DNA of 64,000 bases, taken from NCBI GenBank assembly GCA_963695225.1, contig OY968762.1, positions 2,144,001-2,208,000 on the forward strand, read 5' to 3'. The notes below the pieces were generated by a model. The model saw only the letters and a list, made by a program, of their open reading frames with translations, had not been told where the DNA came from and searched no databases. Below are positions 8,783 to 19,285 of this stretch, in pieces (within the stretch, counting starts at the first letter, position 1; every line of letters starts with the position of its first letter). A program made the translations under genes and the position numbers. The stretch comes from Vulcanimicrobiota bacterium. GTDB lineage: Bacteria; Vulcanimicrobiota; Vulcanimicrobiia; Vulcanimicrobiales; Vulcanimicrobiaceae.

Positions 8783-11385
8783 ACTGCTTCCTTCGCCATT
8801 CTTACATTCGCACGGGACAATCCGGCACTCATTCCTAGGGCGAGCATCCACAGCAGGAGCACCGCGAGAGTAGCCAGAGCCCCTAGAACGCGCCAGCGAC
8901 CCACCAATCCGTCGAGCCCAAAGCGGGCCGAGACATGCCATTGACCGGCCGGTAGAGCCCATCCGTTCGCAAATCCGAATGCTCTGAAGTGCTTTAGCGT
9001 TCGACCCTCGGCTTCTCCTGGGGCGCTCGATTCCGCAAACCACTCGTCGGAGTATGCAGTCCGCAGCGCGATAAAAGTGTCGCAGGTCGCTGAGACGTCG
9101 ACGTCAAGGTGTGCGTTGGTCATCACGAGGCCCGCCGTCTGCGCGGAACAGACGGCGCGGCGGGCGGCAACCGCAGAATCGGCGCTCCGAATCAAGCGTA
9201 TGGATCGTTGTGCGAGTTTCGCGGGCATGTCGGTCTCGACCGCGAGGAGCCGGCCTGCCGGTTTGAGGAGACGCTGCGATCTAGCCGGCAGCACGAGGCG
9301 TTCTGCTGCGCCCTGCTCGTAACGAAGCCGAATCCCCACCGGGGCGCCGGACTCATTGACGACGGCCAGTGCAAGCCCCGGACTGACGAGCGCGCGTAAC
9401 CGGCTCGCCTGCGGCCCCAGCGGTTGGAACCCTCTCCAATCACCGACCGGCCCCGTACCGCTAGTGACGCCGTGCCTCACGGTTTCAGCGGTATTCGGCG
9501 AGATATCCGAACCCAAAGAGGTTGAATCGGCGGGGGAGACGGCGACCGTCAAGGGAGGCGTCATCGCCGGTTCATCGCTCACGACCAGCTCTGAGGACAC
9601 GCTGAAGAGCGGGCTGGGAGAGCTCAGGCGGTAAAGCCTCAGCGGGCCGGCCACGTATTCGAGCTCGAGACCGCGGAGGGATGCAAAGGCCGGCCACGCC
9701 TGGCTCACCGTCTGACCACCAAAGGTCGGAACCGATGCGCCGTCCCACAGCACGTGCGTGATTCCGGCCCACGCCGCGAGGCCCGAAAAGGCGTCGGAAT
9801 TTCCGGCTTGCGCGAAGTCGACGAGACGCCTGATCGTCTCGTCGGACGCCGGATCGGTGCTGCCGCTGCCGTACGATTCGATCGTGCCGCCGGGAAAGAC
9901 CGTGCGATAGAAGCCCGGCCCGAAGTAACCCCACGTTCGAGCCTCGAGGCTGCTGTTCGCCGACATCGGTAACTGCAGGATCCGCGTGTTGAGATCCGTC
10001 GCGCCCCGTTCGATCAAGTGCCGGCGCATCGCCGGCACGTAAGGCGGTATCGTAACGCCGAGCAGCGGATTCCCCGCGTAATCGACGGCTCCGCCGCGCC
10101 CCACGAGCAACGGCGCGAGGAGCGCGGCGCAATACGCCGCGAACGCGAGGCGGACCCATCCGGCAGCTCCGAACCGGATGAGCGACCAGCCGACGATCGG
10201 CACGAGCGCGAGAGACATCAGAACTCCGAATTTGGTATACGGCTCTCGGAACAACTCGTGCGCGGGCAAGTGATCGACGACAAGAAACAGGAGGATCCCC
10301 GGGAAAGCGTGCCCGGTGCACATGATCAAGCCGAGCACGAAAAGCAAACTCATAACAACTTGCATGGGGCTCCAAGATCGAGCCCGCGCGAGTGAGGCGA
10401 TCAACGCCGAGAAGAGAGCGACGGGCACGAGGAGCAAGATGCTTATCGGCGTGAACGAAACGTATCGCGCCAAGACGTCCGCTACGTCCAGCATCATTCC
10501 GAACGGGCCGTTATAGAAGCCGTCTCTGAAAAACTCGCCGGGTGCGAGCCGCAGCATGTAGTAGAGCGAATTGTCGCGCCGCTGTCTGGCCACGCTTTCA
10601 CGAATGTAGTCTGCATTGAAACGGTTCGCAAGCAGCTGACTCGAGTCGTGGTAGAAGGCGACGAATTCCGGGACCATCCACCAGAGATTGCATGCTACGA
10701 TCGTCAGCAGCGGCAGCAGCGCAGCAAACCACTTAGCGCGATAGCTGCGATCGGCAGATACGAGGCCTGCGAACAACAGGCCGCCGACGAGCAGCGGCAC
10801 GGCCGAAAAGGCCGGGTTCTGCGAGGTCAACCCGAACAAGAGCGCGGCGCAGAGCGAAAGGGCGAAAGCCTTCTTTAAGCTGCGCGCGCCTTCGACGACG
10901 GCGGCCGCGGCAAAAGGGGCCGTGGCGTACGCCCCGACGCCGGCGATCGTCGGCGTGCTGTAGAGCATGTATGCGATCGGGCCGCACGCATACGGCGTCA
11001 CCGCGAGCGCGGCGGGCCAGCCCGTAAGGCCGCACGAGCGTGAAAACGCGTACGCGCCGAGCGTCGCGAGGGACCAGCACGCGGCAAGTTCGAATTTCGC
11101 CGCATCGGCCGGTGCTAAGCCGCAGCTTTGTAGCGCCGCCAAAAAGGCCAGGTGCGGGAATGCGCCGCCCAACATCAGCGAGGTTCCGCCGCCAAGGAGC
11201 ACGTGGTTTCCCCACAACTCCCGCGTCCAGCTCAGCGTCAGCGCGGGGTCGAATGAGGGGACGGTATCGCCTCCGAGAAACGCACGGCCGTGGAGCCTCA
11301 CGAAGAACGTGATCCATGGGGAAGCGACGAGTGCGGCTAAGTAGCTGAGAGGCGAGAGCGGTGTTTGAGAAACGCCGCGGGTCAA
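8779..11385 (-). CDS. Large multi-TM membrane protein, GT-C-like (AftD-like)
   Basis: GGD early acidic motif, many TM segments, FREPYTKF motif, C-terminal ANGW plus TM; TTG start at 11385 with GAGGAG SD, overlapping the upstream stop. Confidence 0.6.
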   Translation of the reverse strand: MTRGVSQTPLSPLSYLAALVASPWITFFVRLHGRAFLGGDTVPSFDPALTLSWTRELWGNHVLLGGGTSLMLGGAFPHLAFLAALQSCGLAPADAAKFELAACWSLATLGAYAFSRSCGLTGWPAALAVTPYACGPIAYMLYSTPTIAGVGAYATAPFAAAAVVEGARSLKKAFALSLCAALLFGLTSQNPAFSAVPLLVGGLLFAGLVSADRSYRAKWFAALLPLLTIVACNLWWMVPEFVAFYHDSSQLLANRFNADYIRESVARQRRDNSLYYMLRLAPGEFFRDGFYNGPFGMMLDVADVLARYVSFTPISILLLVPVALFSALIASLARARSWSPMQVVMSLLFVLGLIMCTGHAFPGILLFLVVDHLPAHELFREPYTKFGVLMSLALVPIVGWSLIRFGAAGWVRLAFAAYCAALLAPLLVGRGGAVDYAGNPLLGVTIPPYVPAMRRHLIERGATDLNTRILQLPMSANSSLEARTWGYFGPGFYRTVFPGGTIESYGSGSTDPASDETIRRLVDFAQAGNSDAFSGLAAWAGITHVLWDGASVPTFGGQTVSQAWPAFASLRGLELEYVAGPLRLYRLSSPSPLFSVSSELVVSDEPAMTPPLTVAVSPADSTSLGSDISPNTAETVRHGVTSGTGPVGDWRGFQPLGPQASRLRALVSPGLALAVVNESGAPVGIRLRYEQGAAERLVLPARSQRLLKPAGRLLAVETDMPAKLAQRSIRLIRSADSAVAARRAVCSAQTAGLVMTNAHLDVDVSATCDTFIALRTAYSDEWFAESSAPGEAEGRTLKHFRAFGFANGWALPAGQWHVSARFGLDGLVGRWRVLGALATLAVLLLWMLALGMSAGLSRANVRMAKEAV

Positions 11386-12606
11386 GCAATCTCCTCGTGT
11401 TTTCGGTCGGCGGATCGAATGATGTGCTCCGCTGCGAATGCGGGTGTGAGTTGGAAGCACTCGAGGAGTTCGCGGACGACCGCCCGCGGCGAGCAACGCG
11501 CGGAGTAGAGCATCGAACAAGCCCGTAGCTCGTCGAGGAAACCGTCCGCGGCGTTCAGCCGATCCAGCGATCGGGCCAGGGCTTGGGCTTGAGGTTCGAA
11601 AGCGACGTTCTCGAAGCCGACGCAGTCGATCCGCGTCGACGGCAAGCTCGGAACGCCCAGAGACGCCGCGATGGATAGCGGGCCGCTTGCCGCAAACGAC
11701 GTGACGTAGGGGAACACCGCGCACCGCGCCCCCGCGAAAAACGCGGCAACGTCCTCTTCAGGCACGTAATCGCACCACTGTACGCCCAGCCGCTGCGCGC
11801 GTTCGCGCATCTCGCGGTGGTAGGTTTGGTATCCCGGATCGTCCTGCAGGCGCAGGTTCTTCGGGCCGACGACGACGACGCGCTGAGGCGTCTTCACGAG
11901 CTCGAGGGCGTCGAAAAGCACGTGGTGGCCCTTGTAGTAGCTGACGAAGCCGAAGCAGAGCACATAGTCGCGCGGAAGCCCGTACCGTTCGCGAACGCGC
12001 TCGATCTGTTCGCTCGAGGGGCGGTGCGCCGATTCCGCGATCAGCGGGATGTAGACGATTTTCGATCGGAGCATCTGCGGAAACGCTTCGACGCTGCGGC
12101 TGTGTTCGAACCACGACCTTGTCACTGACGGCGGCGCAAAGGATGTTGAAAGCGTACGATGCGAGCTCGAAGAGTCTCGTCCGCGTCGTCTCCCGCTCGG
12201 CCTGGCCGTGCGCCTCCCGGATCATTTGTGCGTTCAAGGCATGGTGGAGCGTCGTTACGACGCGCATGCCGGACGCGCGGCACAAGAGGACGAGCAGAGG
12301 AAAGAGCACCGAGGTCGCCATCGGGCCGTAGAGTGTCGCCTCGTGGTGGATGTTTACGTTGCGGGCTTTGCTCTTCCGCAATTCGCGCAGAATGGTGCGA
12401 GTGAAGCTCAGACCCTGGCGCCAGCCCGGCGTGATCCCGTACTTGGCGCCGTCGATCTTGGAAGCGGCGTCGGCTTGGCCTATCACGGTCACGCGAAGGC
12501 CGGCGTCGACACACGCGTTCGCTAACTGGTGCGTGAACCGGGACATTCCGTTACTAGGACGGTCCGGATACGGGAGAGGCGCGACTATATGCAGATCGTC
12601 GTTCAC
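11382..12606 (-). pseudogene. GT4 glycosyltransferase split by a frameshift near 12105-12115
   Basis: N-half (12606 to ..SDKVV) and C-half (FEH...FGFVSYYKG...FPY..SGPL) lie in different frames; may be a sequencing error. Confidence 0.75.
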
Positions 12607-12616
12607 CGTCGGATCA

Positions 12617-13594
12617 CTACGCTCCGGTCACCGCGACGGCGGCTTCGCGAAAGGCCTCGATCGTTCGTGAGAGACCCTCGAGGAGCGAGACCTCAGGGCT
12701 CCAACCGAGCAACTGACGCGCCTTCGTGATGTCGGGTCGCCGTCTCGAAGGATCGTCGGCGGGCATCGGGCGCGCTTCGACGCGCAGCTCCACGCCTACG
12801 AGCCTAGCGACGGTCTGGGCGAATTCTCGTATCGAGTATTCGTCGGGGTTGCCGAGGTTGATGATCTCTCCTCGCGCGGCTTCGGATTCGGCACAGGCGA
12901 TGATTCCGCGCACGAGATCCGAAACATAACAAAAGGAGCGGGTCTGCGCGCCGCTGCCGTAAACGGTTAGCGCTTGGCCGGCGAGGGCCTGCGAGACGAA
13001 GTTGGCGACGACGCGGCCGTCATTGTGACGCATGCGCGGTCCGTACGTATTGAAAATACGAATTATCCGCGCGTCGGCATTGCGGACGCGAACGGTAGTC
13101 GAGACGAGCGCCTCGCCAAACCGCTTGGACTCGTCATAACACGATCGCGGCCCGACGGGGTTGACGTTGCCCCAATAGGTTTCCGCCTGCGGATGCTCAA
13201 GCGGATCGCCATATGCTTCAGAAGTCGAGGCGAACAGGAAGCGCGCCCGCCAGCGTTGTGACGCTGCCAGGGCCGCCTCGGTGCCGCGGCTGTTCACGGC
13301 TAGTGTTTCGAGCGGTAGCTTCGCGTAGTCCACGGGACTCGCTGGAGAGGCCAAATGCAGGACCCGGTCGGGGATCACGGCGAGTTCGGCAACGGACCGA
13401 TCGACGAGCGCCCAGTCGGCGGCCACGTCCGCGCGGATGAACGCGAAACGTCCGCTCGCTTTTGCCGCCGCGAGGTTCGCCTCCGACCCCGTCAGAAAGT
13501 TGTCTACTCCGATGACGTGGGCTCCCGTCGCTAGATACGCATCGACGAGGTGCGAGCCGATAAAGCCGGCGGCGCCGGTAACGAGGACGATCAC
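12617..13594 (-). CDS. UDP-glucuronate decarboxylase (UDP-xylose synthase family)
   Basis: GAAGFIG, HLASPASP, STSEAYGDP, YWGNVNP, YDESKR, RIFNTYGPRM motifs. Confidence 0.92.
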   Translation of the reverse strand: MIVLVTGAAGFIGSHLVDAYLATGAHVIGVDNFLTGSEANLAAAKASGRFAFIRADVAADWALVDRSVAELAVIPDRVLHLASPASPVDYAKLPLETLAVNSRGTEAALAASQRWRARFLFASTSEAYGDPLEHPQAETYWGNVNPVGPRSCYDESKRFGEALVSTTVRVRNADARIIRIFNTYGPRMRHNDGRVVANFVSQALAGQALTVYGSGAQTRSFCYVSDLVRGIIACAESEAARGEIINLGNPDEYSIREFAQTVARLVGVELRVEARPMPADDPSRRRPDITKARQLLGWSPEVSLLEGLSRTIEAFREAAVAVTGA

Positions 13595-14928
13595 GATTCC
13601 ACCGCCGAGACCGAAGAAGCCAGACGCGTTCGGCGTCCGATGCCCATGTAATCGAAACCTAGCGCGGCGGCCTCGTTCGGATCGAAGACGTTACGGCCGT
13701 CGAAAAGAAGGCGTCCGCGCATGTGCTCCTTAGCGATTCGCAGGTCGAGTTGCTTGTATTCGTTCCAATCCGTCGCGACGACGAGTGCGTCGGCTCCGCT
13801 CGCCGCCTCGAACGCGCTTTGGGCGAACGTGACCCGCCCGCCGAGGCGGCGGCGGGCGGTCGCGACGGCGACTGGGTCGTGAGCTGCCACGGCTGCGCCT
13901 TTTGCGAGCAGGAGCTCGATTAGGGCGATCGCGGGAGACTCGCGGACGTCGTCCGTCTGCGGTTTGAAGGCCAGGCCGAGCACGGCAACCCGGGAACCCT
14001 TCAGGGACCCGAGCCGTTGCTCGATGCGGTCGACCGCGCGGACGATTTGTTCGCGGTTGATTGCCAGCGTCGCTTGCAATAGGGAGGGGACGACGCCGAC
14101 GCGCTCCGCGACTTGCGAGAGCGCCGCCAAGTCCTTCGGAAAGCATGAACCGCCGAATCCGATGCCGGCTCCGAGGAACGAGTTTCCGATTCGCCGATCC
14201 GCACCGGCTCCGCGCATGACGTCGCCGACGTCCGCTCCGACCATCTCGCAGATGTGGGCGATTTGGTTGGCGAACGATATCTTCGTCGCGAGAAACGCGT
14301 TGGCCGTGTATTTGATCATCTCTGCGGTGCGCACGTCGGTTTCGATGATCTTCGCATCGAGCGGAGCATAGAGATGCCGCATCGTCGCAGCCGCATCGGG
14401 GTCGTCTACGCCGAGGACGATGCGATCGGGTTGCATGAAATCGCCGATTGCGGAGCCTTCGCGCAGAAACTCGGGATTCGAAACGACGCTGACCCGGTGG
14501 GCACTCGACTTGCGTTCGCGCACGATCGCCGAGACGAGATCGCCCGTCTCAACGGGAACGGTCGATTTGTTGACGATGACGGTGTCGCGGCCCAAGTTTT
14601 CCGCGATCGTAATGGCCGCTTGCCTGACGTAGCTGAGATCGGCGCTCCCGTCGCTCGTTTGAGGCGTTCCTACGGCCAGGAAGACGATGGCGGCAGGGCC
14701 TATCGCTCGGGCGGGATCGGTCTCGAAGGAAAGGCGCCCGGCGGAAGCGTTGCGGCGGACCAGCTCCTCCAAGCCCGGCTCGAAAAAAGGCACGTGGCCC
14801 GCGCGCAACGACTCGATGCGGCTCCTATCGATATCGAGGCAGACGACGTCGTTTCCCAGTTCGGCGAAGCAAGCGCCAGTCACCAGGCCGACGTACCCGG
14901 TGCCGATGACGGCGATGTCGCTGGACAC
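13591..14928 (-). CDS. ugd: UDP-glucose 6-dehydrogenase
   Basis: GTGYVG, NPEFLREG, KYxxNAFLA, GFGGSCFPKD motifs. Confidence 0.95.
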   Translation of the reverse strand: MSSDIAVIGTGYVGLVTGACFAELGNDVVCLDIDRSRIESLRAGHVPFFEPGLEELVRRNASAGRLSFETDPARAIGPAAIVFLAVGTPQTSDGSADLSYVRQAAITIAENLGRDTVIVNKSTVPVETGDLVSAIVRERKSSAHRVSVVSNPEFLREGSAIGDFMQPDRIVLGVDDPDAAATMRHLYAPLDAKIIETDVRTAEMIKYTANAFLATKISFANQIAHICEMVGADVGDVMRGAGADRRIGNSFLGAGIGFGGSCFPKDLAALSQVAERVGVVPSLLQATLAINREQIVRAVDRIEQRLGSLKGSRVAVLGLAFKPQTDDVRESPAIALIELLLAKGAAVAAHDPVAVATARRRLGGRVTFAQSAFEAASGADALVVATDWNEYKQLDLRIAKEHMRGRLLFDGRNVFDPNEAAALGFDYMGIGRRTRLASSVSAVES

Positions 14929-15060
14929 GGTTGTGACCCCCCTTAGGTAGCGCGGAACCGGGTGAAAAATGCAGTTACCCGGCAGTGGCCCGACACCCTC
15001 CGATCCGGCTCGCGCCCACGAACGGATCGTCTCCTGTTGCGGCTGAGGGTCGTGGGCATG

Positions 15061-16377
15061 CTAGGCGACTTCCTTGGTGAGCGGGAGTCGCTGCAGCGTT
15101 GGGAGGGGCATCGTAATTCGATACAGGGACCCGACGAACGCCGCACCATGCCCGATCAAGATGACTTGGATCACTTGATCGAGCGTTGCATGGCGGGCGA
15201 TGATGGTCGCGATTTCGCCGACCGCCACGACGATCAATGGGATGACGAAATCGAAACGGTGAAGGCCGATCTTGTAGCTGACCGCGACGCTCGTCGCCGC
15301 GAGGAGCATCATCGCGGCACCGTACGGAAAGATATAGAGCGCCGCCTGGGCAAACGATGAGCCCGCGACGATCTCCACGATCCTGGCGGGGAACACGCTG
15401 AACAGGGCAAGGCCGACACCGGAGGTCGCGCCGAGCGCCAGCGCAGCTTCGAGGAGGAGCATCTTCGGTGCCCTCCCGATGGCGGCTAGGTGCGTCGCCT
15501 TCGGCAAGATGATCGTCGGGACGAAGGCGGCCACGAAGAAGAGGATCTTCCCAATGAGCGATACCGCACCATAGATACCGGCGGCGCTTGGGGAGAGGAA
15601 ATGCTTCACAAGGAGGATGTCTGCGAATCCGATGACGGTAAGCACGCTCGTTGCGATGCTGACTCCACCGGCGGTCTGCAGCAGGCGGCGCAGATCTAGG
15701 GGCGCCTCGCTCCGACTAGCCTTGCCGAATCGAAGGTTGCATGCGAGCGTCGTATACGCGAGCGCGATGAGACTCCCGGCCGCGAAGCCGCCCACGGCAC
15801 CGAGAAGTCCGAAGCCCGCGTACACGAGCACGATGCCGAGCAACGCTTTGCCGCACGCTTCGCTGGCGATCGAAACCGCGTATGAGCCGAAATCTTGCCG
15901 GCCTTGCAAGGCGCCGCGAAGCAGGGGCAACAAGACATTGGCCCCTATGGCCAGACTGAAGAGCAGGAGCGCCGGCGTATCGCCGATCTGCAAAGCGCGC
16001 CCGATCGTTGGCGACGCGACGGCGAAGAGCGCGGTGGCGGCGACGCTCGCGATGAAGAACGCGCGAAGCACTCCGGACATCGACGCCCGCAGACGGTCGA
16101 TTTCTCCGGCCGCCCAGAACTCCGCCGTGTACTTGGCAACGATCGTCTGACCGATGGATGCGGGAATCGAAACAACCGTGAACAAGGCGATCATCGACGA
16201 CAGCGCGCCATAGGATTCGACGCCGATCTTGCGGCTGATGACGACGTGAAACAGGTAATTGAAGGCGTTCACGAGGATCGTCGAGGCAAACACAAACGAG
16301 CCGTGCCGCACGAAGTCTCTTCGTATCGACCGATGATCGTCAGGGCTCTCGAACTCGTTACCAATTTGGGCGGTCAA
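15061..16377 (-). CDS. Oligosaccharide flippase (Wzx/MOP family)
   Basis: 12 or more TM segments, N-terminal pattern typical of polysaccharide exporters, glycan-locus context. Confidence 0.8.
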   Translation of the reverse strand: MTAQIGNEFESPDDHRSIRRDFVRHGSFVFASTILVNAFNYLFHVVISRKIGVESYGALSSMIALFTVVSIPASIGQTIVAKYTAEFWAAGEIDRLRASMSGVLRAFFIASVAATALFAVASPTIGRALQIGDTPALLLFSLAIGANVLLPLLRGALQGRQDFGSYAVSIASEACGKALLGIVLVYAGFGLLGAVGGFAAGSLIALAYTTLACNLRFGKASRSEAPLDLRRLLQTAGGVSIATSVLTVIGFADILLVKHFLSPSAAGIYGAVSLIGKILFFVAAFVPTIILPKATHLAAIGRAPKMLLLEAALALGATSGVGLALFSVFPARIVEIVAGSSFAQAALYIFPYGAAMMLLAATSVAVSYKIGLHRFDFVIPLIVVAVGEIATIIARHATLDQVIQVILIGHGAAFVGSLYRITMPLPTLQRLPLTKEVA

Positions 16378-16934
16378 GACCTAAACCATTTGCCCGGTGA
16401 TGAGAGCAGCAAACGCGCATTCTAGCGATCTCATCAGCGGCGGCGCATCGATGCTGTGGTACGACGGATGAGCCGTCCTACGACGGCATACGGATATATT
16501 CCCCGCACCCGTGTCGCGACGGCCGGCCGCGTCCCGGCCCCTGACCGATGCTGATGTCGGCATCGCAGTCCTTTCTCGTTGTGATGCGAAACGGGCCTTG
16601 TACCAGGGCGGCGGGCGGGGTCATCTCTAATCGCGATCTCATCCCGCCTCGGTCGGGAGCCTGGCTCGCTTGCAAAGCCAACCCGGCTACGCCCATGTGC
16701 CGCGCCTTTTTTGCCGCGGTCGCCGTCCGGCTCTTGGTCCCCGCAGCCCCGACGTCTGGGCGTCTGGAATCGGGGCCTCGCCGCCTCCCAACGAGTTTGC
16801 GCCCTTGCCCACGGTCCGCGAACTAGCCAATGGCAACCCCTCTTGGTGCGCCTCCCCTTCGGCCAGGAATTCGCGGCCGTCCCCGCGACTACCCGACCAG
16901 CAGCTTACTTGGAACCGCCGCGGCGTAACAACGT

Positions 16935-18746
16935 GTGGAGGAGTCAGACTTGTTGCGATCGTCCAAAACGGCACGGAGTAGCATCGTAGTTCTGATTGCG
17001 CTCGGTATTCTTCTCTTGTCGCAATCCGCCGCAAAGAGCGAAACGTTAGCTTACTCACTGGTAGCCGGAAGTGGACGCGTAGGAGTTGCGGACGGACCTG
17101 CGCAGTCGGCTGAATTCGTCATGCCCACCGAAATCATTCGCGCGCCCGGCGGTCGGTTGATCGTTGCGGATACTGGGGGCCAAAGGATACGCGTCATCGA
17201 CAAAGCCGGGAACGTCTCGACCTTGGCCGGCGGCGGCCCCATCAATGATTCCGGGCTTTGGGTCGACGGCTCGTTTCGGGACGGCCCCGCCGCCCTTGCC
17301 CGTTTCAATCGGCCTGACGGATTGGCCCTCGGTAAGGACGGCTCGCTCTTCGTCTCGGACCGGGACAACAAATGCATCCGCCGGATTCTGAACGGTCAAG
17401 TCTCGACGTTTTCCGGTACTTCTCGCAAAGAGGGCGCGATCGACGGATCCGCCGACGTCGCAACGTTCTATTCGCCCCGAGCGCTCACGATCGACGATGC
17501 GGGAGTGCTCTGGCTGGCTGATTGGGGAAACGGAGTACGCAGGATACGCCCGGATGGCAGCGTCACTACGATTTCGCCCAAGGGCGCGACGATCGAACAC
17601 CCGACGGGGATTTCCTTTGCCGCGGACGCTACCAGGCGAAGGCTCATCGTTGCGGACCAATTCGGTCTCGTTACGATCGATCTCACGACGATGAACGCAT
17701 CGCGTATGCCGGCCTACCCGACGGGGCACGAAGGAGACGGTCAACCAATAAATGCTAACGCTCAGCTCGGTTTACCTCACGCGGTTTCCTTGATGAATCC
17801 AGATGAGGTGGTGTATACCGACCTGAGGGATAGTTCGGTGAAGTACTTCAAGCCCATCTCCTACCTCCGGAACCTCGGCGAGGTTCCCAGAGAAGACTCG
17901 ATGCTAACGGGCGGCGGTTTGTCCCCGGATGGCGAGGTCCCCCGTTTCGATGCTCCGATGGGCGTCCTCGCCGAGAGGAGCGGCGACGTATTCGTTGCCG
18001 ATTCGGGCAACCGAAAAGTGGTCCACATCGCGCCGTTCGAACGGCGAGCGTTTATCATGCAGGGTGACATCGCCGCCTTGGCCCGTACGGGCCAGGAGTA
18101 CCGGGTGGCGATCGTAGGGAGCTCCTACACGTGGTACTTTACAACTCGCGCCGATGCGATCTCCGGGTTCCTAGCCGAGAAGCTCAAGGACGTCCCGGAA
18201 CTCCGCGGTCGTGAGCCTGCGATGGAATACTTCCTGCTGGCGCATAGCGTGCCCGGAGAACTCGACCTGATCAGGAACGTGTTGTCGCTCGGATCGACGG
18301 ATCTCGTCATTCTCATGTTGGCGCCGGTAGATCTGCAGGCGCTGGGCGTAGGTCCTCATTACGAAGACTGGGCCGCCGTGATCAAGCCGAAGCTGGCGTC
18401 CGTCGTCGCAACGATGAAGTCCGCGAACGTGCCGTTTCTTCTCGTGCTGAATCCGGCATCCCAAGTCTTCAGCCCGCTGGAGTCGGCCGCCTTATGGGAG
18501 GGGTGGAACGGCGAGCCGTTCGCAGAGGGCTACGAGCGGGCTCACGCAGATGAGCTGCGCTTGCTGAGTGCAATGGATGCGCCGGTACTCGATCTGTATC
18601 CGGCGTTTAGGGAAGAGATGATTTCACCGAACCACCGGCCTCTTTTCTATACGAACGACGCGCACTACTCGGAATACGGTAGACGCCTCATAGCGTCCGA
18701 GATCTTCAGGAAGCTTCAGGAGATAAAGCCTTGGTCGGCCCGCTGA
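16935..18746 (+). CDS. Exported NHL-repeat beta-propeller fused to an SGNH (AlgJ/AlgX-like) domain
   Basis: Signal/TM segment, repeats such as DGPAALARFNRPDGL, C-terminal VGSSY and DAHY motifs. Confidence 0.7.
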   Translation: MEESDLLRSSKTARSSIVVLIALGILLLSQSAAKSETLAYSLVAGSGRVGVADGPAQSAEFVMPTEIIRAPGGRLIVADTGGQRIRVIDKAGNVSTLAGGGPINDSGLWVDGSFRDGPAALARFNRPDGLALGKDGSLFVSDRDNKCIRRILNGQVSTFSGTSRKEGAIDGSADVATFYSPRALTIDDAGVLWLADWGNGVRRIRPDGSVTTISPKGATIEHPTGISFAADATRRRLIVADQFGLVTIDLTTMNASRMPAYPTGHEGDGQPINANAQLGLPHAVSLMNPDEVVYTDLRDSSVKYFKPISYLRNLGEVPREDSMLTGGGLSPDGEVPRFDAPMGVLAERSGDVFVADSGNRKVVHIAPFERRAFIMQGDIAALARTGQEYRVAIVGSSYTWYFTTRADAISGFLAEKLKDVPELRGREPAMEYFLLAHSVPGELDLIRNVLSLGSTDLVILMLAPVDLQALGVGPHYEDWAAVIKPKLASVVATMKSANVPFLLVLNPASQVFSPLESAALWEGWNGEPFAEGYERAHADELRLLSAMDAPVLDLYPAFREEMISPNHRPLFYTNDAHYSEYGRRLIASEIFRKLQEIKPWSAR

Positions 18747-19237
18747 TCGTCCGCAAGAACCTGCTGCTGGGCGCGGCCGGCTGCGCTCTCATGCTCGTAG
18801 CGCATTGCACGACCGCTCTAGCCGACGATGCCGTCGATCAAGTCGTGACCGCTAAGCTTCGGCCGGATGCGGTGTATATTTGGAAGACGAACGATGCGAT
18901 CGGCGATCTGCGTACGCGGGGAGCATCGGCGGCTCAGATACGCTTGGAGCTCGCTGCAAGAGCAACCCGGATACTCGTTGCGAAGAGCAAGGCAGTACCT
19001 GACGCGCGCAAGGTAAAGGTGGAGCTGATCTATTTCAAGAGCGGCGGTATGGACCCGAACTACAAGGTGGAAACCGTGGCCGGCGTCGATCGCCTCGGGT
19101 CGGTCGAAGCTGCGCAGAATGCTTTGGCGAGGCCTGCGTCATCGTCTTGGAGCAAAGAGGTCCTGGCAGGGAAGACGCCCGTGGGATTGAGTCTTGAATT
19201 GGATGATTCCGCGTTCTCGAATTTGGACGCCAAGTGA
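18731..19237 (+). CDS. Hypothetical secreted protein
   Basis: Signal peptide ending ALA; co-oriented and overlapping within the operon. Confidence 0.6.
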   Translation: MVGPLIVRKNLLLGAAGCALMLVAHCTTALADDAVDQVVTAKLRPDAVYIWKTNDAIGDLRTRGASAAQIRLELAARATRILVAKSKAVPDARKVKVELIYFKSGGMDPNYKVETVAGVDRLGSVEAAQNALARPASSSWSKEVLAGKTPVGLSLELDDSAFSNLDAK

Positions 19238-19285
19238 GCCGAGGCCGCTTCGGATCGCGTGCCGTCGCCGCAGTGAGAAGAGCCG

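Noticed and set aside
14943..14955. AGGTAGCGCG resembling an ops element
   Set aside because: Imperfect and on the strand opposite to the glycan genes
16760..16865. Faint resemblance to c-di-AMP/c-di-GMP riboswitch motifs on the minus strand
   Set aside because: Core conserved motifs and stems do not match
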